A stretch of DNA of 63,719 bases, filler included, from Octopus bimaculoides (taxonomy: Eukaryota): the NCBI RefSeq assembly GCF_001194135.2. It is 9 parts of 9 records of this genome, joined end to end, with 100 filler letters (N's around TTAATTAATTAA, not from the genome) between each part and the next. Parts side by side here need not be neighbours in the genome. Positions count along the whole stretch, not along the records: positions 4,421 to 32,989 come from NC_068982.1; positions 33,090 to 35,282 come from NC_068985.1; positions 35,383 to 46,432 come from NC_069006.1; 6 more parts are not named here. One strand, given 5' to 3'. The notes beneath the pieces were generated by a model, which worked only from the letters and a program-made list of their open reading frames with translations, did not search any database and was not told the DNA's origin. Both the position numbers and the translations under genes were made by a program. Positions 27,673 to 39,965 of this stretch are shown piece after piece. Numbering within the stretch: the stretch's first letter is position 1; every line of letters starts with the position of its first letter.

Positions 27673-27945
27673 CCAGAAACTCGATTCTGTGTATATCACG
27701 TAAGGCTAAAGAATGGAGCGATGACTTCCCCTCGCAAATACTAATCGGACACAGACAGTGTGTCGTTAACCAGCTGGAAGAGATGTCTTCTTGGGGCTAA
27801 AAACAACAGTAACATCGCCTTATATGAGACCGCCACATTTAGTTGGCAATATGACCTTGAAGACTATGGGACGGCTACATTTAGTTGGCAAATATATTCT
27901 ACGTTTCCGTTCTGTTATTGTTTATCTTTCGCTCAGAGATTTGAT
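27673..27945. repeat. Inverted duplication of 27234-27427 followed by a direct duplication of 27470-27545
   Basis: Direct comparison. The duplicated segments include sequence flanking the MITE. Confidence 0.85.
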
Positions 27946-28399
27946 ATAATATATANNNNNNNNNNNNNNNNNNNNNNNNNNNNNNNNNNNNNNNNNNNNN
28001 NNNNNNNNNNNNNNNNNNNNNNNNNNNNNNNNNNNNNNNNNNNNNNNNNNNNNNNNNNNNNNNNNNNNNNNNNNNNNNNNNNNNNNNNNNNNNNNNNNNN
28101 NNNNNNNNNNNNNNNNNNNNNNNNNNNNNNNNNNNNNNNNNNNNNNNNNNNNNNNNNNNNNNNNNNNNNNNNNNNNNNNNNNNNNNNNNNNNNNNNNNNN
28201 NNNNNNNNNNNNNNNNNNNNNNNNNNNNNNNNNNNNNNNNNNNNNNNNNNNNNNNNNNNNNNNNNNNNNNNNNNNNNNNNNNNNNNNNNNNNNNNNNNNN
28301 NNNNNNNNNNNNNNNNNNNNNNNNNNNNNNNNNNNNNNNTATATATATATATATGTATGTATATGTATGTATGTATGTATGTATGTATATATGTATGTC

Positions 28400-28852
28400 T
28401 GTATATGTTAAGATTTGTATGTATTGTTTTATGTATGTATTCTGATGCATATAGTTGCATGCCTAACATGCTCATATATACTTAAATGATTAACTTCTGG
28501 AAAGTTTTACAGATCTTTACAGTTTCAGTGATGGATTGGATCTGTAGTTTTCGAATCAGCTTTCTTCTTTCTGGCTTTGAGAAGCCTAATTTCCCAAGAT
28601 TGGTTTTTAGGCAGTGTGTTACATATCCCAGTTCAGCAATAATTACAGGTATAAACCTGAGCTTATAAACTGGAGAGAGTAGCTGTAGATTTCTCAAAAG
28701 TTCAGCGTAGGTATTTTCTTTCTCGCTGATCTTTAGCTTTACGTTGTCATCCGCTAGGCAGCTGATTTCCACAACTGTACATAGTTTCTCTTCTCTATCC
28801 CAAATTATTATGTCAGGTCTCCCATCTTTACATTTTATTGAAGTTTTCTCTG
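28400..28852 (-). mobile_element. 5'-truncated REL-endonuclease non-LTR retrotransposon (CRE/NeSL/R4-group-like), with ~120 open codons
   Basis: KCKDGRPDIIIWDREEKLCTVVEISC...KISEKENTYAEL...FIPVII.ELG...TVKICKTFQKLII*: a PD..E..K REL signature. Confidence 0.85.
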
Positions 28853-29060
28853 ATGTATGTATGTATGTATGCTTAGTATAGTATAGTATAATTCGAGTAT
28901 AATGCGAGTATAATTCGAGTAAAAACTTGTAACGTGCATTTAAGCGTTCTTATGTCGTTATTTGACAACCACATGATATCTAATTGGATCTCTTGGGATC
29001 TTCTCTCCCTCTCTGGACACAAGGAACCGCAACAACTAACATTCATGAAGAACTTTATTC

Positions 29061-29137
<77 letters not shown>

Positions 29138-30812
29138 CCTCTCTCTTTCTCTCTCTCTCTCCGATGACGGATTACTCAGCATATGGGGGTCTTCGCTCGG
29201 CACGATGTTCCAACAGCTGGGATATCTCAGAAACAGCCATCAGAGACTATCTATATTTTCATTATATAGCTAAATTTAATTAAATGTCCTTGTCAAGTCT
29301 TGCCAAACTGTCTTTCCTTTCTATTTTAACCTATACAAACATGCATACATACAGACAGACAGACACACATACAGACAGACAAACAGACAGACACACACAT
29401 GCATGCAGACAGACAAACACAGACATATTCATGTTTGAGATTTCAATGTTTAAGAAAAATTATCGTTTATTCTTTTATAACGCTTAGAGTCAATTTACAC
29501 TCGAAAACAAAGCTTCAACACTCAGCAATCCTCATTACTCATTAATCCTTTGAGTGAGTAATCAAATTTCCTGATCACTCCCGTAATGACGTTAATTATC
29601 CGCCCCAAAGCTAGAACTAGTATTTTCTGCTTCTGCAATACATTTTCGGTATTTCCTGTAAATTCGGTTTTCCTATTCAACATTGAAAACATTTGATTCC
29701 TGCTCTGTAAAGAAATATCTGATGAAATATGGGAATAAATTAAGAAAATCTGAGAAAATGTCACTTGTGAAATGTGTCACTGAGTGTGTCTCGGATTCTC
29801 GCAGCTTAAGGAGAAGTTTTTTTCAAAGCCGTCGGGTAAAACGCTTTCCTCAGTTAAGGATAATAAAAATTTTAAGGGATAAATATTCGCTTTCTTCTTT
29901 CAAAGAGTTAAACCATTGGTTCTGAAACCTACAAATATTAAAACTCCACGGAAAATTTGTGCATGTGTGTGTGTGTGTNNNNNNNNNNNNNNNNNNNNNN
30001 NNNNNNNNNNNNNNNNNNNNNNNNNNNNNNNNNNNNNNNNNNNNNNNNNNNNNNNNNNNNNNNNNNNNNNNNNNNNNNNNNNNNNNNNNNNNNNNNNNNN
30101 NNNNNNNNNNNNNNNNNNNNNNNNNNNNNNNNNNNNNNNNNNNNNNNNNNNNNNNNNNNNNNNNTGTGTGTGTGCGTGTGTGCGTGTGTGGGTGTGTGTG
30201 TGTGCGTGCGCGTGCGCGTGCGTGCATGTCCGAGCGTATTTGTCCGCACGCGCGTTATTTTGAGCTCCGCATCTCTTGTTTTTTGATGGAAACACGATAG
30301 GGTTTAGATCTATATAATACTTTTTACTGCACCATGGTGCAAAATCCATTTAATTTCCTTTAACATGACAATGTGTCCGTGTCCCTCCTTTTCAATCCTC
30401 AAAGACCATCGTCCCTACAGGAAACACTGCATCAAACTTAAATTATTGTTTGCCTTTCCCTCCTTTTTTATTATTTTGTTCAATGACATTGTGGGTGTCC
30501 TTGTTTTCTTTGATGTCTCAGTATTTCATCATTGCCTTCCTCATTATCTTTATATACACCGCTTTCCCCAACTGTTATCTTTTTAATGTTTCCTCTTGTT
30601 CTTATCAGACTTTTGCCTGTAATATCCGTTCATAAAATACGTCAGTTCGCTTTTCATACTCGCTTCTTGCCTTTCATTGCTTCTATGTGGTATACATTCT
30701 TTACGTCACCATGAATATCGAAAAGAAAAAGGATTTACAGAGAGAACGTAGCGCGAAAATCTGGGTAGCAAAGAAGTGGTTCATTCTTTTCTTCTGAACA
30801 GATAAAAGGTGC

Positions 30813-30876
<64 letters not shown>

Positions 30877-30929
30877 NNNNNNNNNNTAATAATGCATCTC
30901 GCTTATACCTTCAATGTTGTTATATATTC

Positions 30930-31045
30930 TTTTATTCTTTTATGGGTCTTTTTTGCCGAACCACTAAGTTACGGGGATGTAAACAGACCAACATCAGTTG
31001 TCAAGCGATGGTTGTGGTACAAACACAAACACACAAACACACACA
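30930..31045 (-). mobile_element. SINE type A 3'-half fragment
   Basis: ttttgccgaaccactaagttacggggatgtaaacagaccaacatcagttgtcaagcgatgg is the reverse complement of the type A body. Confidence 0.75.
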
Positions 31046-32101
31046 AATATACTCTTCGTACCCCTTCGTCAAAACAGTCGTTACTGCAAAGCAAATTAAA
31101 TAAAATTTGGGATTTGCGGAGGGTTAAAGTTGGTAACGTAAACAGGACAGTTAAATCAAACGGTAAGTGCTGTTAAGCCATAATGAGGTGAAGTGGTGAA
31201 CGCTGGAGAAACAAGCTTTGACAGGAGACAGACAAAAATGCGTGCTATCTCTTGTAGCTTAAGGAGAATAAAGAAAGAAATTCGAATTAAAAGAAAGATG
31301 TCTGCTGGTCACGTGTGAGCAGCGAGAGAGTCAAGGTGGAAGAGTGAGGGAGAAAGAGGGACAGATAGAGAATGGTGAAGGGGGAGGAGAAGAATTAGAG
31401 AAAGGTCAGGAGAGAAAACAGAAAGAAAGAAGAAAAGAATCAGAAGACGAGATAGTGATAGAATAGTATCGCATCGGAATTATTAACATAAAACTTACTT
31501 GGAAATGAATGCATGGCGTTCGATCATATAATAATATAAATAATATATATATTATATATGCATATATACATACATACATATACATACATACATATATACA
31601 TATACATACATACATATATACATANNNNNNNNNNNNNNNNNNNNNNNNNNNNNNNNNNNNNNNNNNNNNNNNNNNNNNNNNNNNNNNNNNNNNNNNNNNN
31701 NNNNNNNNNNNNNNNNNNNNNNNNNNNNNNNNNNNNNNNNNNNNNNNNNNNNNNNNNNNNNNNNNNNNNNNNNNNNNNNNNNNNNNNNNNNNNNNNNNNN
31801 NNNNNNNNNNNNNNNNNNNNNNNNNNNNNNNNNNNNNNNNNNNNNNNNNNNNNNNNNNNNNNNNNNNNNNNNNNNNNNNNNNNNNNNNNNNNNNNNNNNN
31901 NNNNNNNNNNNNNNNNNNNNNNNNNNNNNNNNNNNNNNNNNAACCAATTGCTTCTCGCGGCTGACGTCGACTCACCACCATCAACAGCGCAACAATCACC
32001 AACATTATCATAAACAAACAAAAATAAGTTTTTTTATTTTAAAATTGTTTCATGCAAAATATCGTTTTTATTATTTAAAATGTTGTTTTATATGAATATT
32101 C

Positions 32102-32146
32102 GTCCTAATTTTGGGACTGCCATGTTGGCTTGGCGATAACTATTAA
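32102..32146. mobile_element. Solo end of the 18043-18433 MITE family
   Basis: gtcctaattttgggactgccatgttggcttggcgataactattaa. Confidence 0.85.
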
Positions 32147-33419
32147 TTATATGAATATTGTTTTCCATTTATTTACTTATTTATTATTTAGATATTGTTT
32201 TATATGAAAACAGAATACTATTCCTTTCTGATGGTTTGCTAGTTTCTGGTTAATTGCTGCAGAGTTCTGGTTTTCATCTATGTTTTCACAATAGATAATT
32301 TTCGCATTTTATCTCTAATTATTGCCAGATTATCTCTTTGCTTGCGTTTTTTTTAATATATATTTTTGTTTTACTGTAGTCTCCATTATATATTTGATTC
32401 TCACGAAGCCTAGCCATTTTTCCCCCACTCGTTCAATCTCTCTCTCCTGCACGCTTAAATCTCTCTCAAATATATGAATCCATGTCTCTGCTTACGTGTA
32501 TCTACGTATCAATATGTGATTTAACGTATGGAGGATGCACACATTTATATGTTTATATGTGTGCGCAAGGGGTAACGTGTGCCTGTGTGTATGTGTGTGA
32601 GAGAGAGAGAGAGAGAGAGAGCGAGGAAGGGTGAGAGGGAGGGAGGGAGAGAGGGAGAGAGAAAGGGAAGGATAGAGATGGAGAAACAGAGAGGGAAAGA
32701 CAGAGAGAGAGTGAGAGAAGGGGAGAGTGAGAGTATGTATGCTTAATATTTTCTATGCGTTAGTAAGAATAGGCAAACTTAAATGATTGCTCAGTTCAGA
32801 TAAACATCCAATTGCATTTTGCAAAGCAGAGGCGATGCGTTAATCAATACAGAATGTATATATAAACTCAGTCTCTTCGTACCCCCATCCTTCCCTCTAC
32901 ATCTAGTGCCGAATATCGATCAAATCCCACGCAACAACGCACACGCACGTACTCATATGCACACCCACATGCATTATTTATATATATATNNNNNNNNNNN
33001 NNNNNNNNNNNNNNNNNNNNNNNNNNNNNNNNNTTAATTAATTAANNNNNNNNNNNNNNNNNNNNNNNNNNNNNNNNNNNNNNNNNNNNATATATATATA
33101 TATACATAAATATATATATGTATAGGTATATGCGCGCTCGTGTGTGTGTGTTTACATATATATACGTAGATGCATTGACAAAAAGACGCGTTCATTTGTG
33201 CACTTATTTAATCTAAAGCCAGGTACAGTCGTACTGAAAATAAAAGCTTAATTAAGGTAGCTGTCAATTCAGCCATACCTCAACTCCATACCTCCACTCC
33301 ATACCTTCCTCTCCACACTTCCACTCCACTCTTCCTCTAATCAATCATTGTCCATTGTCCAGGGCCATTACTGAGACAAAGAGAGTGCATTTAGGGAAAT
33401 TCACCACCATGTTCACCAT

Positions 33420-33470
33420 TGCGACAGCGAGAACAACAACAACAACAGCTGCTGCTGCTGCTGCTGCTAC

Positions 33471-33521
<51 letters not shown>

Positions 33522-34110
33522 TTACTGACAACCACCACTACCACAACCAACAACAACACCAACAAGACGACAAAGATCGTCACCCTGCCACGAACATCGC
33601 CGCCACCCATAGCAAGAAGCTGACATACACCATCACCGTCTCCACCATTATCCTCACAGCCATCCTCGACAACAAGACAAGCACCACCACCACCACCACT
33701 ACCGGCGCCGCCGCTACCACAATCACCATCACCACCATTCTATTCTCATCAAGGAGACGATTAACACAACGACCACCACAACCGCCATCATAAAAAGCGA
33801 TAAATACCACCACCACCACCACCGGCACTACTACCACCATCACCATTGTATACTCATCAACACGACAAACTCCACCACCACCGGCCCTATCCCTACCACC
33901 CTTATCCCCACCACCATCATTATCATCAAACTCTGTTATCACCATCATCTTGCAGAAGGCGACAAATACCATGACTACCATTATCAACGAGGATGTCAAG
34001 CACCGTCAGCAGAGTCATTGGAGACAACAAACGCCATTACCACCGTCAAGACAACAACTGCCATCTTCATCGTCGTCGTCGTCGTCGTCGTCGTCATCAT
34101 CATCATCTAT
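33420..34110. repeat. Degenerate CAA/CTA/CAC/TCG trinucleotide tract
   Basis: Directly visible. Confidence 0.9.
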
Positions 34111-34850
34111 ATGTTCCATTGAGCGAACATATAGAAACATGTGGTTAGAAAATGTTTCTAATTTTTCCTTTTCACAAACTACATGACACAAGTGAGGTTG
34201 GAAGAAAGATAAAAGGAAAACGTTTTATTAAAATGTTCAAACCCGTCCTGAACGGAAATAACAATAAGGATATAACAACCAGTTAATGATGTTGATTAAA
34301 AAAATATCTTTAATATATGAAAATAAACAAATTACAGAATATCGGCACTCCTAATAGAATATCGGCACTCCTAACAGAATATCGGCACGTCTGACATTTA
34401 AGCTGCATGCGGATTGGTCAAAACCGTATTCCATAAATTTAGCTTGTTGGAGCGTTCTAAAAGGTACTACAGTTGTCAAGAACTCAGCTGTCAGTTAAGT
34501 ACATTTGAAATCTGATGATTACTACTAAACGTATGAAAGCGCTAATTGAACTGTATGAACATTACAAAATATATTTTTAATGTTAAAATACCATGATAAA
34601 GAACGTGAAAACCAGACCATGTTTTAACTTTATTCAACTGATAATTAATCGTAGACCGGTCTACGATTAATTCTTTATTTTGTATATTTTCATTTGTCTT
34701 GCCCGTTCATATTCTGGTGTGAGCTTAATTTTCCTAGAGAACATTCTTTTCTTTTGTGGTTTGACCGTAGATGGTCTATTTCTAGCATAATGGATGTCCA
34801 CTTAGTGGTCATCCCTTCTCATATGTATATATATATATATNNNNNNNNNN

Positions 34851-34894
<44 letters not shown>

Positions 34895-35382
34895 GTGCAG
34901 TTAGATGTATGAGTTAGAGCTCCATGTAGATTACCATCGGTGTTCCCCTGATGATCCATTGAGATTAGGGATCCATTTGAACATCCAATGCATAGTTTCA
35001 AGTAACTGCAATGGCGTTTATCTTAATTTTCTCTCTATACACGAAGTCATGTACCCATATGTGCATGTATATATACATACATATATTTCTCTCTCCGCTC
35101 CTTTGCGCCGCATGGGCTCAACTCCCCTCCCCTCTTCATCTAACCCCCTCCTCCTGTCTCTCTCCCCCACCCATCTCTCCCCCTCCCCCACCTCCCCTCC
35201 TGCTCCGACTCCTACTTCTTTGTACGTCTCTTCACCTCTCTTCACTCCTACTTCTATTCACTCCTACTTCTCTTCATTCCTANNNNNNNNNNNNNNNNNN
35301 NNNNNNNNNNNNNNNNNNNNNNNNNNTTAATTAATTAANNNNNNNNNNNNNNNNNNNNNNNNNNNNNNNNNNNNNNNNNNNN

Positions 35383-35417
<35 letters not shown>

Positions 35418-36422
35418 AAATTAAAAAAGGAAAATACACACACTTTACATAGTTTTAATATAATTTTTAATATATCGACCGGTTTCGCTTTCGGCATTCA
35501 TGATATTATAGTTAACTTATTTGAATATGTATTTTCTTAAGAAGAAATTTTTGTCTATGTTGTGTGTGATGATATTTACGAGTGAATGGCTTCACAAGTA
35601 GAAAAATAAGGAGAGGTAATTGGTTACCGTTATTATATACTTACAAACACATACATAGACTCTCCCTTCCTACAGTGAACTCCTATACTCTACCTTACTA
35701 TACTAAACCCATTATACTATCCCTTCCTTCCTATATAATACCTGGCTGTACTAAACGTTTCCTATCTCCGTATTAAGAAACCGTTCTGTGTTAAACTTCT
35801 AACACAGTCCACTCCTGAAATAGAAGCTTCATACTTCATACTTTTATGAAACCCTGTTGCAACACACATACGAGTGTGCGCAATGTTTTAACCTGTTATC
35901 TCATATCATCACTCGATAAAATATTGGTTTTATTTGTGGAAGGCATCATTAAGTCGCCAACAATTGATACAAAAGATCTTCTCAGATAGTTTACGATAGA
36001 TTTTAATATTTTCTTTCAGCGAAAATAAAATTCATGTTCTGAGCAGTTTAGTTTGTGCTTGTCATCGGCTGTTCTGTTAAACTTGCCTTAAGTGTACAGG
36101 TATTTTGTCATAGTCTGCTGAAAAAAAGGACTAGAAACATCGTAGACGAAAAAATCCCTGTGAGTTCAATCTCCAAACGAGCACAGGTACATATTATAAA
36201 GCACCTGATGACGAACGGATATTAAACCAATCGAGATGTTGTGATTGACTAAAAGAAGGAAGGAAAAACCCCCAACCCAACAAAGTAGAAGTTAGGCAGA
36301 CGAGCTGAAAATATTTCTTTGAGTGTTTAGAAGAATGCTTTGTTGTTACAAATGGTATTTCAGCTTGTTATTATGAATTGTTTCTTCTTCAAGACTACAA
36401 AGAAAGCAAGAGCGCACGCACA

Positions 36423-36471
<49 letters not shown>

Positions 36472-36487
36472 TCTCTCTCTCTTTCTT

Positions 36488-36549
<62 letters not shown>

Positions 36550-36565
36550 TCTCTCTCTCTTTCTT

Positions 36566-36608
<43 letters not shown>

Positions 36609-36674
36609 TTCTCTCACACACACAAATGATACCACATATCTGCCCACATACATATACAGTTACATTTTCTCTCC

Positions 36675-36717
<43 letters not shown>

Positions 36718-37024
36718 CCACGAAGATAGGCACGCGTACACATACAGTTAGATACACATACACACGTACACACATTATATATATATATATATATATCTTC
36801 CTTTCTTTCTCACTCGCTCGCTTTCACTTACACACAGAACACACATACGCGCGCGCGCACACACACACACAAACCCATGTAAATTAGATTTTCATGGATG
36901 AATATTTTTCGGCGATTGAAATAAAAACAAAAACAATGAAAAAATCCATTATTATTATCATTATTATTATTATAGCGGTTGTTTTTGTTGTTATTTTGTT
37001 TGTTATTTTGTTTTCAAAGCAGTA

Positions 37025-37720
37025 ATGTCTGCTAAGTTGATTGGACGGTTGACTGGCGTTGTTAGATCGACTTTTGTGTGTTTTATGCGCAGAATAATAC
37101 GAAATATTTCAAGGAGAATCCACTTTCTCCTTTACACCGACAATTGTCGTTCAATTTCCTCGTTTGTTAGGCTTCCATGTTCTATTTTCACCCATTCCAA
37201 CAACGAGTTCTGCGTACCTGTCAATACAAGCGTACGCTGTCTCACTGTGACAACGGCCGGCAAAAGAGCTACATTTTTCCAGACGCCGTGTGGCGTGGAA
37301 TGGTGAAGAGTGCTGGTTAGATGGCAAGAAACACAAGAAACAATAACGGACCTGGTTACGTCACCATGTAGAAGGGAAACAAGAAAGAAAGCGAGAGAGA
37401 GAAATTATGTGTGTATGTATATATATGTGTGCGAAAGCAGAGAAGAAAGAGCGGTAAGGGGAGGAGACAAAGGAGGAATGAGTGAGAGAAACTAACAGAA
37501 CAAGAAAGGAAAGGAAAGAGCGAAACTACGAGGGTTTCATTCGAGAACCATTATTCGCGCATGACTAAACTGAAATGTCACCGAGAATAATGATTGAATT
37601 GTAAAGTGTGAAGCAGAGCCGACCGAAAGATGTTGGAGAGATAAATATTGATCGGTAGCAGCCATGGAACGCCATTTTAAGTTGCCATTTTGTTTTTGCC
37701 TTCATTTCTTCTTTTCTTTT
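37025..37720. promoter_or_regulatory. Candidate promoter / 5' region of a host gene
   Basis: Non-repetitive, CpG-richer island with an inverted CCAAT (37040-37044) and two YY1-like GCCATTTT motifs (37670-37678, 37684-37691). Motif evidence only. Confidence 0.35.
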
Positions 37721-38220
37721 CCTATTTTTCTTTTGTTTTGTGATATTTTCGCCAGTTTTTCAGCCAAGATAGCTAGCATTTCATTTAAAGAACTGTGAAG
37801 CCGTCTATGTTCTCTTAGTTAACAATAATCATGAGCAAGCGGGAGGGCTACACTTGAGGTTTCACTGACTCGCATATCTATACATTCAGGCCATAATTCC
37901 AGCAGCATCAACAGCAGGCCTCCTGGACACAGAGTTTCCATAACATCGACATAAAACCGACAAGCTGTGCTTAAACTGCCCGGAGCTTGTAGAAAGTGGG
38001 CTACATTATGCCCAGTGCCCAAGGCTAATATTTCAAGTGCGATAAACACGACATGAAGAACAGAACAGACGGATTTGTGGGCTGTGAGACCCTCCCTCTC
38101 TTTCTCTCTCTCTCTTTATCTGCCTATCTATCTCATTCTCTCTAACTCTGAACACTCTCTTTGTGTGGGGTGTATATATAACTTTACATCTATCTATCTA
38201 TCTACCTGTCTGTCTGTCTG

Positions 38221-38263
<43 letters not shown>

Positions 38264-38634
38264 CCCCAGACACAATGCAGTAACATATTCTCTACTCTAT
38301 TCTCTAGTTCCTTCCCCTATAAAACAGCTTTCCCACTTGGTCTCTAACCTGTCGCCAACAATTTTTTAATTTTTGTTTTTATTTTATCTTATTGTTTTGA
38401 TCTTCACTGACTATTTCTGACTCTCACTTTCCACATAACTCGCTTTTTTTTTTTTTCTGATGAAGGTCTGAAGTCCTAAACGTTTCGACACTTTTTCGTT
38501 CCACAAAAGCGTTAAGCCAATACTTCATTTATCATACTTTGTTCCTTCCGTGTTTTCTTCTATTGTTTATTATATTTAAACTGCATGTGTATGTGCGCAT
38601 GCGCGTGCATGAGTATTGCTCTAAGATCACTTAA

Positions 38635-38702
38635 TTATGATTTTATTCAAGATCTTTCCCTCTTGGGTTCACACACTTATTGCAGCGGTCCTTCAGTTTT
38701 TC
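38635..38702 (-). mobile_element. Fragment of the mariner-derived element (uninterrupted paralog of 20333-20592)
   Basis: ttatgattttattcaa...ttcacacacttattgcagcggtccttcagtttttc. Minus strand reads KLKDRCNKCVNPRG. Confidence 0.75.
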
Positions 38703-38903
38703 TTCCTGTTTCTGTTGTACCTGTAATTCAAAGTGGCCAGCCTTGTCACACTCTGTGTCATGCTGAATCTCCCCCGAGAACTACGCTAAGGGTACACGTG
38801 TCTGTGGAGTGCTCAGCCACTCGCACGTTAATTTCATGAGCAGGCTGTTCCGATGATCGGATCAACTGGAACCCCCGTCGTCGTAACCGACGGAGGAGTG
38901 CCA
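38701..38903 (+). mobile_element. 5'-truncated SINE (tail T1)
   Basis: Reverse complement of 20695-20890. Confidence 0.9.
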
Positions 38904-38914
38904 CGACGCTATAC

Positions 38915-38973
<59 letters not shown>

Positions 38974-39601
38974 TGTGTGTGTGTGTATAATGCCTGGAAC
39001 GGTCCAGTTAAAGATTTTTATCATTTTAAAATAATATTTTCGTATTTACTCTTATTAGGGTCTTAGCAATTTCGTACGTTTTGTTATAACACTGAAAATT
39101 ACAGACGGAAAAATTATACTTTGTTTTTACAGTCCGCTTATTCACATGAAATTATTAACAATAATAAAGGTTTATGCTAAGTAAAATATTAGATTAAATA
39201 TTACTTAACTGGATCAAAACTTTCCTCATATATCTACATACATACATACATGCACATAAACATACATGTACACATACATATATACATACATGCACACATA
39301 CATACATACATGTATACATACATATATGCATACATACATACATACATAATACTTGGTTTCTTATATAGACATGATAATTGAAAGAGTAAATTGTGTATTT
39401 TTATTACATTTTTTCTCATGACTTCAGTTAACGTAGAATTTATTCGCATGAGCTTTATTAATTTATTCAAATTTATTCGCATGAGCTTTATTAATAATAG
39501 AGGTGTGTGAGTGCGCGCTCGTAAGTGCATGCGTGCAAATAGTGTCATTCATTGCTGTTATAATGTTATTATTACATAAATTACATAAATTATATAAACG
39601 T

Positions 39602-39768
39602 GGTCGCAGCAGTGGCTGTATGGTGAGAAGCTTGCTTTCCAATCACATGGTTCTGGGTTCGGTCCCACTGCGTGATACCTTGGGCAAGTGTCTTCTACTA
39701 TAGCCACGGGCTAACCAAAGCCTTGTGAGTGGATTTGATAGACGGAAACTGAAAGAAGCCCGTCGTAT
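39602..39768 (+). mobile_element. SINE type A, 5' half (ends at gap)
   Basis: tRNA head plus ccttgggcaagtgtcttctactatagcc. Confidence 0.88.
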
Positions 39769-39780
39769 ATNNNNNNNNNN

Positions 39781-39897
39781 GCAAAAATGAGTAACGCTGC
39801 GATGGACTGGCGTCCCGTCCAACTGGGGAACACATACGCCATTGAAACCGGGAAACCGGGCCCAAGGGCCTGGCTAGGCTTTAAAAGGGCGCATTTA
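39781..39897 (+). mobile_element. SINE 3' half (end of M2 + tail T2)
   Basis: gcaaaaatgagt, then ctgcgatggactggcgtcccgtcca..aaaccggg, homologous to the reverse complement of 23290-23385. Confidence 0.75.
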
Positions 39898-39903
39898 TTA
39901 TTT

Positions 39904-39965
<62 letters not shown>

